A program made the position numbers and the translations under genes. A DNA stretch of 28,491 bases from Roseibacillus sp. Lineage in GTDB: Bacteria > Verrucomicrobiota > Verrucomicrobiia > Verrucomicrobiales > Akkermansiaceae. Of the stretch, positions 1-8,690 are shown piece after piece; the stretch's first letter is position 1; every line of letters begins with the position of its first letter. Location: contig CBDEUM010000019.1 of assembly GCA_965242925.1 (NCBI GenBank), forward strand, positions 1-28,491. Direction: 5' to 3'. The notes under the pieces were generated by a model, which was not told the origin of the DNA, ran no database searches, and worked only from the letters and a program-made list of their open reading frames with translations.

Positions 1-487
1 CTCCGCCGGTTGCCACGCCCTGGACGCCCTTCTTCTCTGCATGGGATCGGAGGTCGAGGAAGTCATGGCCTACAACGCGCAGTCCACCCACGAGATCTTC
101 GCCAAATATGAGTATCCAACGACCACCACCACCATCCTGAAGTTCAGGAACGGCGCGGTGGGCAAGTGCGCCAGCGTGATCGACTGCTTCATGCCCTACT
201 ACTTCCACACCCAGCTCTGTGGCAGCGAAGGCAGTATCCTCGACGACAAGCTCTACTCGTCAAAGCTCCATCTCCGAGACAAGGCCTGGGCGAGGCTGCC
301 CGTGGCCCTCGCAGATTCGGGCGACGTCGCCGACCATCCCTACCAGGACCAGTTCCAGGCCTTCTTTGATGCTCTCGACAAGGGCGAACCCATGCCCCTC
401 ACCAGCTACCGCGACGCCCTGGAGACCTTCCGTGTCCTTTTCGCCGCCGACGAAAGTGCTGCCACCGGTCAACCGGTCAAACTCTAG
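1..487 (+). CDS. Gfo/Idh/MocA family oxidoreductase, C-terminal part (5'-truncated by window edge)
   Basis: Frame is open from base 2: SAGCHALDALLLCMGSEVEEV. Has the HxxD motif, 'ILKFRNGAVG', 'LCGSEGSI' and a C-terminal 'FQAFFDAL...DALETFRVLFAADESAATGQPVKL', typical of this family. Confidence 0.85.
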   Translation, partial: SAGCHALDALLLCMGSEVEEVMAYNAQSTHEIFAKYEYPTTTTTILKFRNGAVGKCASVIDCFMPYYFHTQLCGSEGSILDDKLYSSKLHLRDKAWARLPVALADSGDVADHPYQDQFQAFFDALDKGEPMPLTSYRDALETFRVLFAADESAATGQPVKL

Positions 488-540
488 CCAGGCCCTGCCC
501 GCCGCGGCCCGGATAACCACTAACCCAATAACAACCACCC

Positions 541-1326
541 GTGCGAAGCACCGCCCTCGCCATCTTCGCCCACCCCGATGACATCGAGTACTTCGGGGCG
601 GGAACTCTCCTCCTCCTGAAGGAGGCCGGATTCGAAACGCACTACTTCAACCTCTCCACCGGCAATTGTGGCTCGGTCGAAATGGATGCGGAGGAGACCC
701 GTCGCATTCGTCTCGAGGAAGCCAGAACTGCCGCCGACCTCCTTGGAGCCCACTTCCATCCGCCCATCTGCGATGATCTCGAGATCTTCTACGACCTGCC
801 GACCCTGCGTAAAGTCGCTGCCGTGGTGCGGCAGGTGAAACCCTCCATCATCCTCACCCACCCCCCACAGGACTACATGGAGGACCACACCAATACCTGT
901 CGCCTGGCAGTGACTGCGGGTTTCACGCACGGCATGCCCAACTTCGTGACCGATCCGCCATCCGACGACACTTATCCGGAAGACGTTTTCATCTACCACT
1001 CCGTCCCCCACGGCCTCTGCGATCAGCTCCGCGTCGCTGCCCCCATCGAATCCTTCGTAGACACCTCCACGGTTTTCCCGATCCAGCGCGAAGCCCTCGC
1101 CGCCCACGCCTCCCAGAAGGACTGGCTCGACAAGTCCCAGGGTGCCGACTCCTACCTCAAAGTCCTCGATGACCTCGTTCTCCAGGTTGGCCAGCTTTCC
1201 GGATGCTTCCGCCAGGCTGAAGGCTGGCGACGCCACCTTCACCTCGGCTTCTCCGCCCACGATAAGAATCCCCTGGCAAACATCCTGGGTGAAAGGTACC
1301 TCCTCGCCGGGAATTCAGGTTCGTAA
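541..1326 (+). CDS. PIG-L/LmbE family zinc-dependent N-deacetylase
   Basis: N-terminal AIFAHPDDIE metal-binding motif, 'RLEEARTAADLLGA', 'ILTHPPQDYMEDH' and 'ALAAHASQ'; GTG start. Confidence 0.9.
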   Translation: MRSTALAIFAHPDDIEYFGAGTLLLLKEAGFETHYFNLSTGNCGSVEMDAEETRRIRLEEARTAADLLGAHFHPPICDDLEIFYDLPTLRKVAAVVRQVKPSIILTHPPQDYMEDHTNTCRLAVTAGFTHGMPNFVTDPPSDDTYPEDVFIYHSVPHGLCDQLRVAAPIESFVDTSTVFPIQREALAAHASQKDWLDKSQGADSYLKVLDDLVLQVGQLSGCFRQAEGWRRHLHLGFSAHDKNPLANILGERYLLAGNSGS

Positions 1327-1377
1327 TCACCCGAACCCACCCCACCCGTCCTTCCTCTCTCGAACCCCTCCTCGACC

Positions 1378-2304
1378 ATGCGCCCGCAATCCAAGATCTC
1401 CTCCTCCTGGTGGGATTACACCACCCTGGACCCCGCCATCATCCAGGATGCGGCCAGACTCACCGAGAAAGATCTCGAACAACTCTCCCGTCCCGGATTC
1501 CGGGTCGTGATGTACGACACCCTGGAGGATTTCTACCTCGCCGAGGCTCTCGAGTACATCGACACCTGGAGACAGGCTACCACCGACAACCCGGTCGGCA
1601 TCTGTGGCCCGATTGGCCCGACTGAACAGCTCCCCCTTGTCGCACGCCTCATCAATGAACTCGGCATCGACGTCTCCTGCGGCCATTTCTGGGGGATGGA
1701 CGAATGGGTCGACCATGACGGGAAGGAAGTCGCCCTCGATCATCCGCTCTCCTTTGAAAAGGCCGACCGCGAACTCTGTTTCAACCGCATCGAGGCAGGG
1801 TTTCCGGAGGAAAACCTCCACTTCCCCGCCGCCGACACACAACCCTACGTCGATTCCTGGAACTCCGGTGTGCGTTGCGCCGTCATGCAAGGGGGACAGG
1901 GTGATATCAAGCACTGGGCTTTCAACGATCCTCTCCGCCGCGAGGGCAGCTGCCTCAATGAACCGCCTTCCCCCGCGGAATACCGCAAGCTCGGCACCCG
2001 GGTGGTCGAGCTCCATCCCATCACCCTCGCCCAGAATGCCCGCACCTCGGGTGGAGGCAACATCACCATGATCCCCAGCCAGGCAGTCACGGTGGGACCG
2101 GTCGAAACCTGGCAGGCGGGGAAGGTTTCCATCTGGCAGGCTGGGACGCACGACAATCCCCTTGGCCAGCGACTCACCGCGCTCATGATTTCCAAGGGCC
2201 TCGCCGACTCCGCGGTCCCCATGTCCCTCCTCGCTGACCATCCCAACGTACAATTCAACTACTTCCGGGGTGGCCTCGGCTCCTGCTCAGTGGAAATGCA
2301 CTGA
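1378..2304 (+). CDS. Glucosamine-6-phosphate isomerase/deaminase-like (NagB fold) protein
   Basis: FWGMDEW resembles Nag[21 protein letters not shown] resembles GVGNDGHIAFNEP; also 'HPLSF', '[14 protein letters not shown]' and '[12 protein letters not shown]'. Confidence 0.8.
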   Translation: MRPQSKISSSWWDYTTLDPAIIQDAARLTEKDLEQLSRPGFRVVMYDTLEDFYLAEALEYIDTWRQATTDNPVGICGPIGPTEQLPLVARLINELGIDVSCGHFWGMDEWVDHDGKEVALDHPLSFEKADRELCFNRIEAGFPEENLHFPAADTQPYVDSWNSGVRCAVMQGGQGDIKHWAFNDPLRREGSCLNEPPSPAEYRKLGTRVVELHPITLAQNARTSGGGNITMIPSQAVTVGPVETWQAGKVSIWQAGTHDNPLGQRLTALMISKGLADSAVPMSLLADHPNVQFNYFRGGLGSCSVEMH

Positions 2305-2400
2305 TCGCTCAGAACAGTCTGGCTATTAAGCATCAAGACAACTCGCCGCGGGAGGATCGCCCACCGGGAGAGCCAGGAGCCCCGGCAGGATACGATAGAA

Positions 2401-2419
2401 AATATTGACCCTCATTACA
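2401..2419 (+). promoter_or_regulatory. AT-rich operator-like site (Fur-box-like) overlapping a TTGACC -35 hexamer
   Basis: AATATTGACCCTCATTACA matches GATAATGATAATCATTATC at 12 of 19 positions by manual alignment. It lies in an AT-rich island upstream of the 2494 ORF. Confidence 0.3.
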
Positions 2420-2493
2420 AAATAGACATTTTCCAGCCGGATCCGCTGGAGAGTCCTTGTGGTCCGTCCTGTAAATCCCCCCCTTAAAGAGCC

Positions 2494-3735
2494 ATGAATC
2501 TCCGATCTCTTACCCTCCTGTCCGGTATCCTGATGATCTCATCAGCCTTCGGTGCCCGGCCCGATTGGCTGCAATGGCGAGGACCCACTCGCGACGGACA
2601 GGTCCACGGTGGTGCCAGGCAATGGCCCAGCCGTCTGAGTAAAGACAACCTGAAGAAACTCTGGTCGGTGGATCTAGCCGAGGGCTATTCCTCCCCTGTT
2701 GTGGCCGGCAACCGCGTAATCACCGTTGAGACCAGGTCAAAGAAAAACGAGATCGTGAGAGCCTTCGACCGGAATACCGGCAAGCAGCTCTGGGAGTCGG
2801 CCTGGGCAGGGAAGATGAGGGTGCCCTTCTTCGCTGCCAAGAATGGCAGCTGGGTGCGTAGCTCACCGGCAGCAGATGGCAGAAATCTTTACGTTGGAGG
2901 GATGCTCGATCTTCTCGTCTCTCTTGACCTAGGGTCCGGAAAGGAACAATGGCGGATCGATTTTCCCCGTAAGGAAAAAACCCCAAAACCGCAGTTTGGA
3001 TTCGTCTGTTCTCCTCTGCTCGACAAGGAGCATCTTTATGTCCAGGTCGGAACCGCGCTGAGAAAGATCAGGAAGGATGATGGAGAGACCGTCTGGAAGG
3101 TGCTGGCCGACGAGCGGGCGATGTTCGGTTCCGCCTTCTCTTCCCCGGTCCGGGCCACCATCGAAAATCGCGACCAGATCGTGGTCCAGACCCGCATGGA
3201 ACTCGCCGGGGTTGCTCCTCACGATGGAAAAGTCATCTGGAAAACTCCCGTCAAGGCCTTCCGCGGGATGAACATTCTTACTCCCACCGTAATCGGCAAC
3301 AAAGTCTTCACCTCTACCTACGGAGGTGGAACATTCTGGTTCGGCGTCGAAAAGAAAGGGGCCAAGCAGGCAATTGCACCCTTATGGCAGCATAAACTTG
3401 AGGGATACATGTCCTCGCCTGTCGTCGTCGACGGCCTTGTCTACATGCATGGCAGGGACAAGCGTTTCCACTGCCTTGACCCCAAGAAGAAAAAAGTCCT
3501 CTGGTCAACGGCCGATGTCTACGGCGACTACTGGTCCATGGTGGCGAATGGCAAAAGCATTCTTGCCCTCGACAACCGCGGGTTTCTCCTTCTCATCGAA
3601 GCCAGCCCGAAAGGATTCAAACTTGTGGACAGGATAGAGGTGAGCGGACGTCCCACCTGGGCCCACCTCGTCGTCTGCGGTAACGAAGTCTACGTCCGCG
3701 ACCTCAAGGGCCTCACCGCCTACCGCTGGCAATAA
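2494..3735 (+). CDS. Secreted PQQ-binding-like beta-propeller repeat protein (BamB-like fold)
   Basis: Signal peptide followed by DWLQWRGPTRDG, 'GYSSPVV', repeated 'AFDRNTGKQLW', 'LDLGSGKEQW', 'DGKVIW' blades and 'TWAHLVVCGNEVYVRD'; characteristic PVC family. Confidence 0.88.
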   Translation: MNLRSLTLLSGILMISSAFGARPDWLQWRGPTRDGQVHGGARQWPSRLSKDNLKKLWSVDLAEGYSSPVVAGNRVITVETRSKKNEIVRAFDRNTGKQLWESAWAGKMRVPFFAAKNGSWVRSSPAADGRNLYVGGMLDLLVSLDLGSGKEQWRIDFPRKEKTPKPQFGFVCSPLLDKEHLYVQVGTALRKIRKDDGETVWKVLADERAMFGSAFSSPVRATIENRDQIVVQTRMELAGVAPHDGKVIWKTPVKAFRGMNILTPTVIGNKVFTSTYGGGTFWFGVEKKGAKQAIAPLWQHKLEGYMSSPVVVDGLVYMHGRDKRFHCLDPKKKKVLWSTADVYGDYWSMVANGKSILALDNRGFLLLIEASPKGFKLVDRIEVSGRPTWAHLVVCGNEVYVRDLKGLTAYRWQ

Positions 3736-3769
3736 CGGGATCTGCCGCATCCCCGGTCCAAAAGGACCA

Positions 3770-4867
3770 TCAATCCAGGATATCCTCCGTCGGCTTCTTC
3801 TTGATCGGTGGTTTTTTCCCGGGATTGGGATTCGGTGGAGGCGGCTTCCAATCCGGATCCGGAGTAGCCCTGATCTTGCGCTCGTGCAGGTAGAAGCTCT
3901 GCCGCACGACATCATCGGAAAACTTCCAGCCCACCGGAATATGCCTCTTTTCGGCCAGGCGGCGCATTGCCATATACTGCCCGAAGGAATCCCTGGTGAC
4001 GAGAAACCGGAGGTAATTCCGGTCATGATCCGCTTTGTTCATCACGCTGATCCCCACCGCGCGGGGCTTGGCCAGGTCCTCCACGGTTTCCCCCTTTCCA
4101 TCCCGTGGATAACAATAGACCTGGATGTGCCCGTTCTGGTGCAACTTGAAATCAAACCGGTAGAATGGATTACTTTCCTTCAGTCCCTCCAGCACCGGCA
4201 TGATCTTGTTCCGATCATAACGATTCTTATACTTCGGATCCCTGGAGAGCAGATCCTTCCGGGGCCGAACCTTGGAGGCAATGGCATCGAGAATATCCTC
4301 CCGGTCAAAATGCAACAGCCGTCCACCCCGGACAATCAGGAGAACCTCCCGGGCCTCCTCTTCCGGAACGCGCGGATTGGGGAGACGAACGAGCCGGGGC
4401 TTGCGACTCGTGAGGTCGTCTTCCTTCTCCCTGACATCGCTCCGGATCTGTGCCACCTGGCCGCCTTCCGCCTCCAGTTGCTGTTTCAACTCCTCGATCT
4501 TCTGCTCGATCACAGCCACTTCCAGATCCAGCTTCCTGACCCGGGCCTTGGTCTTCTTGAGCTCTTTTCGCTGCGCCACCAGAACCCGCAGTTCCTCCTT
4601 CGCCTCCTCCACTTCCTCGGGCTTCACTTCAGCAGGATCCTTCACTTCGGTCAGGCGCTTCCGCACCTTCTCGTCCTTTTCGCGCAGTTCCGTCATCATG
4701 GGCACAGTCACCTCCGGCAGATTGGCCCGGATGCGCTTGGCCGCACTCGAGACATTCACCTGCGTTACAATCAGCACCACGATGAGAACCCCCACCACGT
4801 TGGTCATGGTGTCCAGCAGGGAATCGAGATTTCCCATCGCTACGCCGCCCTGTTTTCTCCGTGCCAT
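3770..4867 (-). CDS. Single-TM coiled-coil protein, ExbD/TolR/MotB-like partner carrying the TM Asp
   Basis: MARRK...NLDSLLDTMTNVVGVLIVVLIV: basic N-terminus plus one TM with D19 at the ExbD Asp position. About 110 aa E/K-rich coiled coil, then C-terminal 'YLRFLVTRDSFGQYMAMRRLAEKRHIPVGW' resembling the ExbD periplasmic fold, and a Pro-rich tail. Third gene of the operon. Confidence 0.65.
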   Translation of the reverse strand: MARRKQGGVAMGNLDSLLDTMTNVVGVLIVVLIVTQVNVSSAAKRIRANLPEVTVPMMTELREKDEKVRKRLTEVKDPAEVKPEEVEEAKEELRVLVAQRKELKKTKARVRKLDLEVAVIEQKIEELKQQLEAEGGQVAQIRSDVREKEDDLTSRKPRLVRLPNPRVPEEEAREVLLIVRGGRLLHFDREDILDAIASKVRPRKDLLSRDPKYKNRYDRNKIMPVLEGLKESNPFYRFDFKLHQNGHIQVYCYPRDGKGETVEDLAKPRAVGISVMNKADHDRNYLRFLVTRDSFGQYMAMRRLAEKRHIPVGWKFSDDVVRQSFYLHERKIRATPDPDWKPPPPNPNPGKKPPIKKKPTEDILD

Positions 4868-4871
4868 GCCC

Positions 4872-5672
4872 TTAGCGCCGCTTGCTGAAGAATTCCGTCA
4901 AGGAGAGGTCGCCTCCGCCGAGGAGAGGCACCTTGCTTGTCACTGCTCCATTCCCGCGCGCAAAGTCACGGGCTTGATAAAAACTTGAACGGGCATCCTC
5001 CCGTACCAGGAAGACGATAATCCGATTCTCCTTGGCCGCAACATACTGCACCGCCTGCCTGAACTTCGGATTGGATCCAATGACAGCACGCGGCACCTGG
5101 ACGCGCTGCGAAGGACTGTGAATGACCAGTCCCTCCTTCCGGGCCTCCACAAAGACCGGGGCAACCCGTCGGAAGTAATCCGAGGTGGACAGAATCTTGA
5201 GCGGCATCCCCTTGCCAGCCTGTCTGGCCAGTTCGCCCAGCCTCTCCCTGCCCTCGATCAGGTCCGCCTCGACCTTCTTCCTCTCATCCTCGATCCTGTC
5301 TCGCTCCTTCCCGATCTCCTCCATCTGACGCAGGAGTGGCGCCAACTCCGGCGCAACCGTATTCAAGGCCTCCAGCTCCGCCTTCACCTCATCAATCCGG
5401 GGCTGGATTTCCCTGAGCTCGACAACCGTCGCGTTCGTGCGGCGCAGCTCCTCTTCCTTCCTCGCGATCTCGGCTTCCCGGCCGGCAATCTCCTTCTCGA
5501 GAGCCACGTAGTCCTCCGCCCGGGCCACCGCCTCATCCTTCCGACCCTGCAGGATCTCGGAGGCGCTGAGGGCCACGATGAGGATCGTCAGGGCCCCGAT
5601 CAAACACGCAAGGATACTGAGAAACGGGAAGAGCGATACTTCCGGTCCGGCAGATGCTCGCTTCCTGGCCAT
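4872..5672 (-). CDS. Single-TM coiled-coil protein, ExbD/TolR-like partner lacking the TM Asp
   Basis: MARKR...EVSLFPFLSILACLIGALTILIV with S19 where the Asp is expected. Coiled coil, then C-terminal 'PVFVEARKEGLVIH...IIVFLVREDARSSFYQARDFARGNG', ExbD-like. 4-nt gap to the next gene. Confidence 0.65.
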   Translation of the reverse strand: MARKRASAGPEVSLFPFLSILACLIGALTILIVALSASEILQGRKDEAVARAEDYVALEKEIAGREAEIARKEEELRRTNATVVELREIQPRIDEVKAELEALNTVAPELAPLLRQMEEIGKERDRIEDERKKVEADLIEGRERLGELARQAGKGMPLKILSTSDYFRRVAPVFVEARKEGLVIHSPSQRVQVPRAVIGSNPKFRQAVQYVAAKENRIIVFLVREDARSSFYQARDFARGNGAVTSKVPLLGGGDLSLTEFFSKRR

Positions 5673-5724
5673 CGTTTCAATCTAAGTTCACCGGTCTTCT
5701 TCTCAAACTCCCCAACCAGGCCGA

Positions 5725-7047
5725 TCAGAACCACTTCCGCTTCTTCTCGATCTTCACCTGCTTGCCATCCAGGTCCCGCAACACCTTGTTCAACTCCTTC
5801 ATGCCATCGGCAAGAACCTGAAATGACGCCTTCACCCTCTCCGAGGTTGCCTCCAGGGTGTGCTGCGACTCGGCCTCCAGGTTCCTTGCCATGGCCCCGA
5901 CCTTCTCCTCGATGACGGCTCTCTGGGCCTCGATGGCCGCGGTGGTACGCTCAACCAGTTCCAGTTGCCTGGCCTGGCCATCCGCCATCCCTTCGCCCAC
6001 TTCTCTCAATTGACGGAGGAAATCCTGCTGGCTCTCCGCGAGAACCGGGGCGAGGGCATTGGCCAGCGCACGGGTATTGTCGGCCACATCCGAAATCCCG
6101 CCCGCATCGCTGAGACGCTTGAGGAGGTTCTCCAGGCAATAGCCGTCTACCGCCGCAAGGAGATCTTCTTCCGCTTTCTGCATCCCGCTCGCCGGGAAGC
6201 TCAGGAGAATACTCATGCAGAGGGCCACCAGGGTAGTATCGAAGGCCACTCCCAGGCCCACCGTGACATCGGTGAGCTGATCCATGAGATTCGACATCTC
6301 CTGCGTTCCCGACATGCCCCCGGCCAACCCGGCAATGGCGGTCGAGATTCCAAGCACCGTGCCAATGAAGCCCATGATCGGAATGGCCCACAGAAAGACC
6401 TTCACCAGGGTGTAGCCTCCGCTGATTTTCCCGGCATCAATCTCGGACTGCATCTCCATCATGCTGGCCACCTCCGGGTTGCTTTCACGGGCCTTGAAAT
6501 GTTCCAGCCCCCGCCGGATGCGCCTCAACATGTAACTGTCCGCCAGTTTGGCAGGGAGGGTCGCCTGATATTGCAGGAAGCTATCCACGTTCTGCGGTGT
6601 GATGGAATCCGAAATACTGAAGGGCAGAACGTCCACGATGAGCGCTCGCCGCTCCACCTGCAGACGGCGGTACTTGAGCATAAGGATTCCCACCGCCCAG
6701 CCAAGGAAGAGCACCAACACGTAGGGCACCCAGCCTCGATCGAGAAAGAGAGCCCCGAAGTAGGCCTCCTTGAAGGGCAGCATCAAACCAAGGAATCCAA
6801 AACTGATTGCCACTCCGATCCCGAAACCGATCCACAGTTCGCGCGTATCAGCACTTCCCCAACCCTGGCCCCCCGATCCTCCCGGTGTCCCCGGCTCCTT
6901 GTCCTGCGCAACCGCTCCCTGCGTCGGGGGGAGGCCAAGTGCCGGCACGGTGCAATTCGTTCCACAGAACGGACACTTGACCTGCGTCTCTGACGCCTGC
7001 TGCTGGGCCAGGAGAGCCTGGCTACACGAAGGACAGGAAAATCTCAC
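5725..7047 (-). CDS. MotA/TolQ/ExbB proton-channel family protein with N-terminal zinc ribbon and long C-terminal helical tail
   Basis: WAIPIMGFIGTVLGI and GLGVAFDTTLVAL are TolQ/ExbB channel-helix motifs; four hydrophobic segments; CPSC...CPFC at the N-terminus. GTG at 7047 is preferred over the ORF-track start at 7113 because it begins the zinc ribbon and follows a promoter-like motif. Confidence 0.88.
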   Translation of the reverse strand: MRFSCPSCSQALLAQQQASETQVKCPFCGTNCTVPALGLPPTQGAVAQDKEPGTPGGSGGQGWGSADTRELWIGFGIGVAISFGFLGLMLPFKEAYFGALFLDRGWVPYVLVLFLGWAVGILMLKYRRLQVERRALIVDVLPFSISDSITPQNVDSFLQYQATLPAKLADSYMLRRIRRGLEHFKARESNPEVASMMEMQSEIDAGKISGGYTLVKVFLWAIPIMGFIGTVLGISTAIAGLAGGMSGTQEMSNLMDQLTDVTVGLGVAFDTTLVALCMSILLSFPASGMQKAEEDLLAAVDGYCLENLLKRLSDAGGISDVADNTRALANALAPVLAESQQDFLRQLREVGEGMADGQARQLELVERTTAAIEAQRAVIEEKVGAMARNLEAESQHTLEATSERVKASFQVLADGMKELNKVLRDLDGKQVKIEKKRKWF

Positions 7048-7053
7048 GGCCCG

Positions 7054-7082
7054 ATTCCAACCCAAGTCGCACCAGAGTGCAA
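7054..7082 (-). promoter_or_regulatory. Putative sigma70-type promoter for the motor operon (leaderless geometry)
   Basis: Minus strand TTGCAC-N17-TGGAAT, then 6 nt to the GTG at 7047. Confidence 0.4.
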
Positions 7083-7240
7083 CCCGCCGCATCACGCCCG
7101 TGGAACCGCTCACCGCTCAGGAACTCCAGAGGACGCCGCCCCCTGTTCATCTGCCTTATTTATCGCTTTCTCTCAGCGAACAATTCGCCTTCCATGGTGC
7201 CAAGGGAGCAGAATTACTCCCGTGTGTCCCGAGTAATGCC

Positions 7241-8665
7241 ATGATCATGAATCGCCTCCTCACTCTTGCCATCGGCACTCTTGCTCTCTGGGCGGCGTCC
7301 GCCCTCGCACGGGATTCCTTCGACTCCCCACCCAACATCATCATCATCATGACCGATGACCAGGGTTACGCCGATACAGGGAAATTCGGAGCTACCGGCT
7401 TCAAGACTCCCCACCTCGACCGGATGACCGACGAGGGCCTGCGCTTCACCAACTGGTACGTCCCCCAGGCGGTGTGCGGCGCCTCACGAGCCGGTCTGCT
7501 CACCGGTTGCTATCCCAATCGCATCAACATGCTGGGAGCGCCCGGGCCGAAATCGCGGACCGGTATTGCCGACGGCGAAGTACTCATCTCCGAGATGCTC
7601 AAGGAATGCGGTTACGCCACTGCCCTCTTCGGCAAGTGGCACCTTGGCCACCACGAGAAATTCCTGCCCCTTCAACACGGCTTCGATGAGTACTTCGGGC
7701 TTCCCTACTCCAACGACATGTGGCCCCACCACCCGGGCATACGCCACCTTCCCATGGAGAAACGCCTCCAGCGCTGGCCACACCTCCCCATGATCGAGGG
7801 AAACAGGATCATCAACAAGGAAGTCACCCCTGCGGATCAGGTCAATCTCACTACCTCCTATACCGACAAGGCTGTCGACTTCATCTCGCGCAATCGAACC
7901 AAGCCCTTCTTCCTCTACGTCGCACACTCCATGCCTCACGTGCCCCTCTTTGTTTCCGACAAATTCAAGGGCAAATCGAAGCAGGGACTCTACGGCGATG
8001 TCATCATGGAGATCGACTGGTCGGTGGGCCAGATTCTCTCCGCCCTCAGGAAGCACAAGATTGACAGGAACACCCTCGTTCTCTTCACCAGTGATAACGG
8101 CCCGTGGCTCAGCTACGGCAATCATGGCGGGAGCGCAGGACCGCTGCGGGAAGGAAAGGGCACCACCTGGGAAGGAGGCCAGCGCGTCCCCTGCATCGTC
8201 CGCTGGCCCGACCGAATCAAGGCTGGCAGCGTATGCCATACCCCCGCCATGCACATCGATGTATTCCCCACCATCAAAAGCCTCGTGAAGGGAAAGGGGC
8301 CCGCCCACCGGATCGATGGCAGGGACATCAGTAACCTCTTCACCAATCCCGCCACGGCCAAGAGCCCACACGAAGCCTACTTCTTCTACCGCGGAGATCA
8401 ACTGGAGGCCGTGCGTTCCGGTCCGTGGTGTCTGCACCTCCCCCATGCCTACCGCAGCCTGAAAGGCGACCCGGGCCGTGACGGCATCCCCGGGCCCTAC
8501 CTCCAGAAGCGCACGGAACTCGCACTCTTCGACCTTGGCAAGGATATCGGACAAAAGAAGAATCTCGCTACCGCCCACCCTGGAGTGACAACCCGGCTAC
8601 AGACCATGGCCAGGAAGTTTGATGCCGATCTCAAGGCCTCAAAGCGCTCCAAAGGATCGCTTTGA
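7241..8665 (+). CDS. Secreted arylsulfatase A-like sulfatase (formylglycine type)
   Basis: Signal peptide, PNIIIIMTDDQGY, VCGASRAGLLTG (CxAxR variant), GKWHLG, FTSDNGPW and GKGTTWEGGQRVP. Start at ATG 7241 or 7247; the ORF-track extension to 6770 overlaps the opposite-strand gene. Confidence 0.95.
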   Translation: MIMNRLLTLAIGTLALWAASALARDSFDSPPNIIIIMTDDQGYADTGKFGATGFKTPHLDRMTDEGLRFTNWYVPQAVCGASRAGLLTGCYPNRINMLGAPGPKSRTGIADGEVLISEMLKECGYATALFGKWHLGHHEKFLPLQHGFDEYFGLPYSNDMWPHHPGIRHLPMEKRLQRWPHLPMIEGNRIINKEVTPADQVNLTTSYTDKAVDFISRNRTKPFFLYVAHSMPHVPLFVSDKFKGKSKQGLYGDVIMEIDWSVGQILSALRKHKIDRNTLVLFTSDNGPWLSYGNHGGSAGPLREGKGTTWEGGQRVPCIVRWPDRIKAGSVCHTPAMHIDVFPTIKSLVKGKGPAHRIDGRDISNLFTNPATAKSPHEAYFFYRGDQLEAVRSGPWCLHLPHAYRSLKGDPGRDGIPGPYLQKRTELALFDLGKDIGQKKNLATAHPGVTTRLQTMARKFDADLKASKRSKGSL

Positions 8666-8690
8666 GCCGACGCCCGCTCCCCCTGGCAAT

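Noticed and set aside
511..540. TAACCAC/TAACCCAA/TAACAACC short tandem repeat
   Set aside because: Only three degenerate units; more simply an A/C-rich unstructured translation-initiation region.
3770..7047. Zorya (ZorAB) anti-phage system or flagellar MotAB
   Set aside because: The partners show no OmpA-like peptidoglycan-binding motif, there are two B-type genes, the A tail is only ~150 aa, and no zorC/D/E or flagellar genes are adjacent.
6770..7240. 157-aa N-terminal extension of the sulfatase ORF (and the 104-aa extension of the hydrolase at 12008-12319)
   Set aside because: Both overlap real opposite-strand genes and precede signal-peptide-like segments; they are ORF-finder over-extensions.
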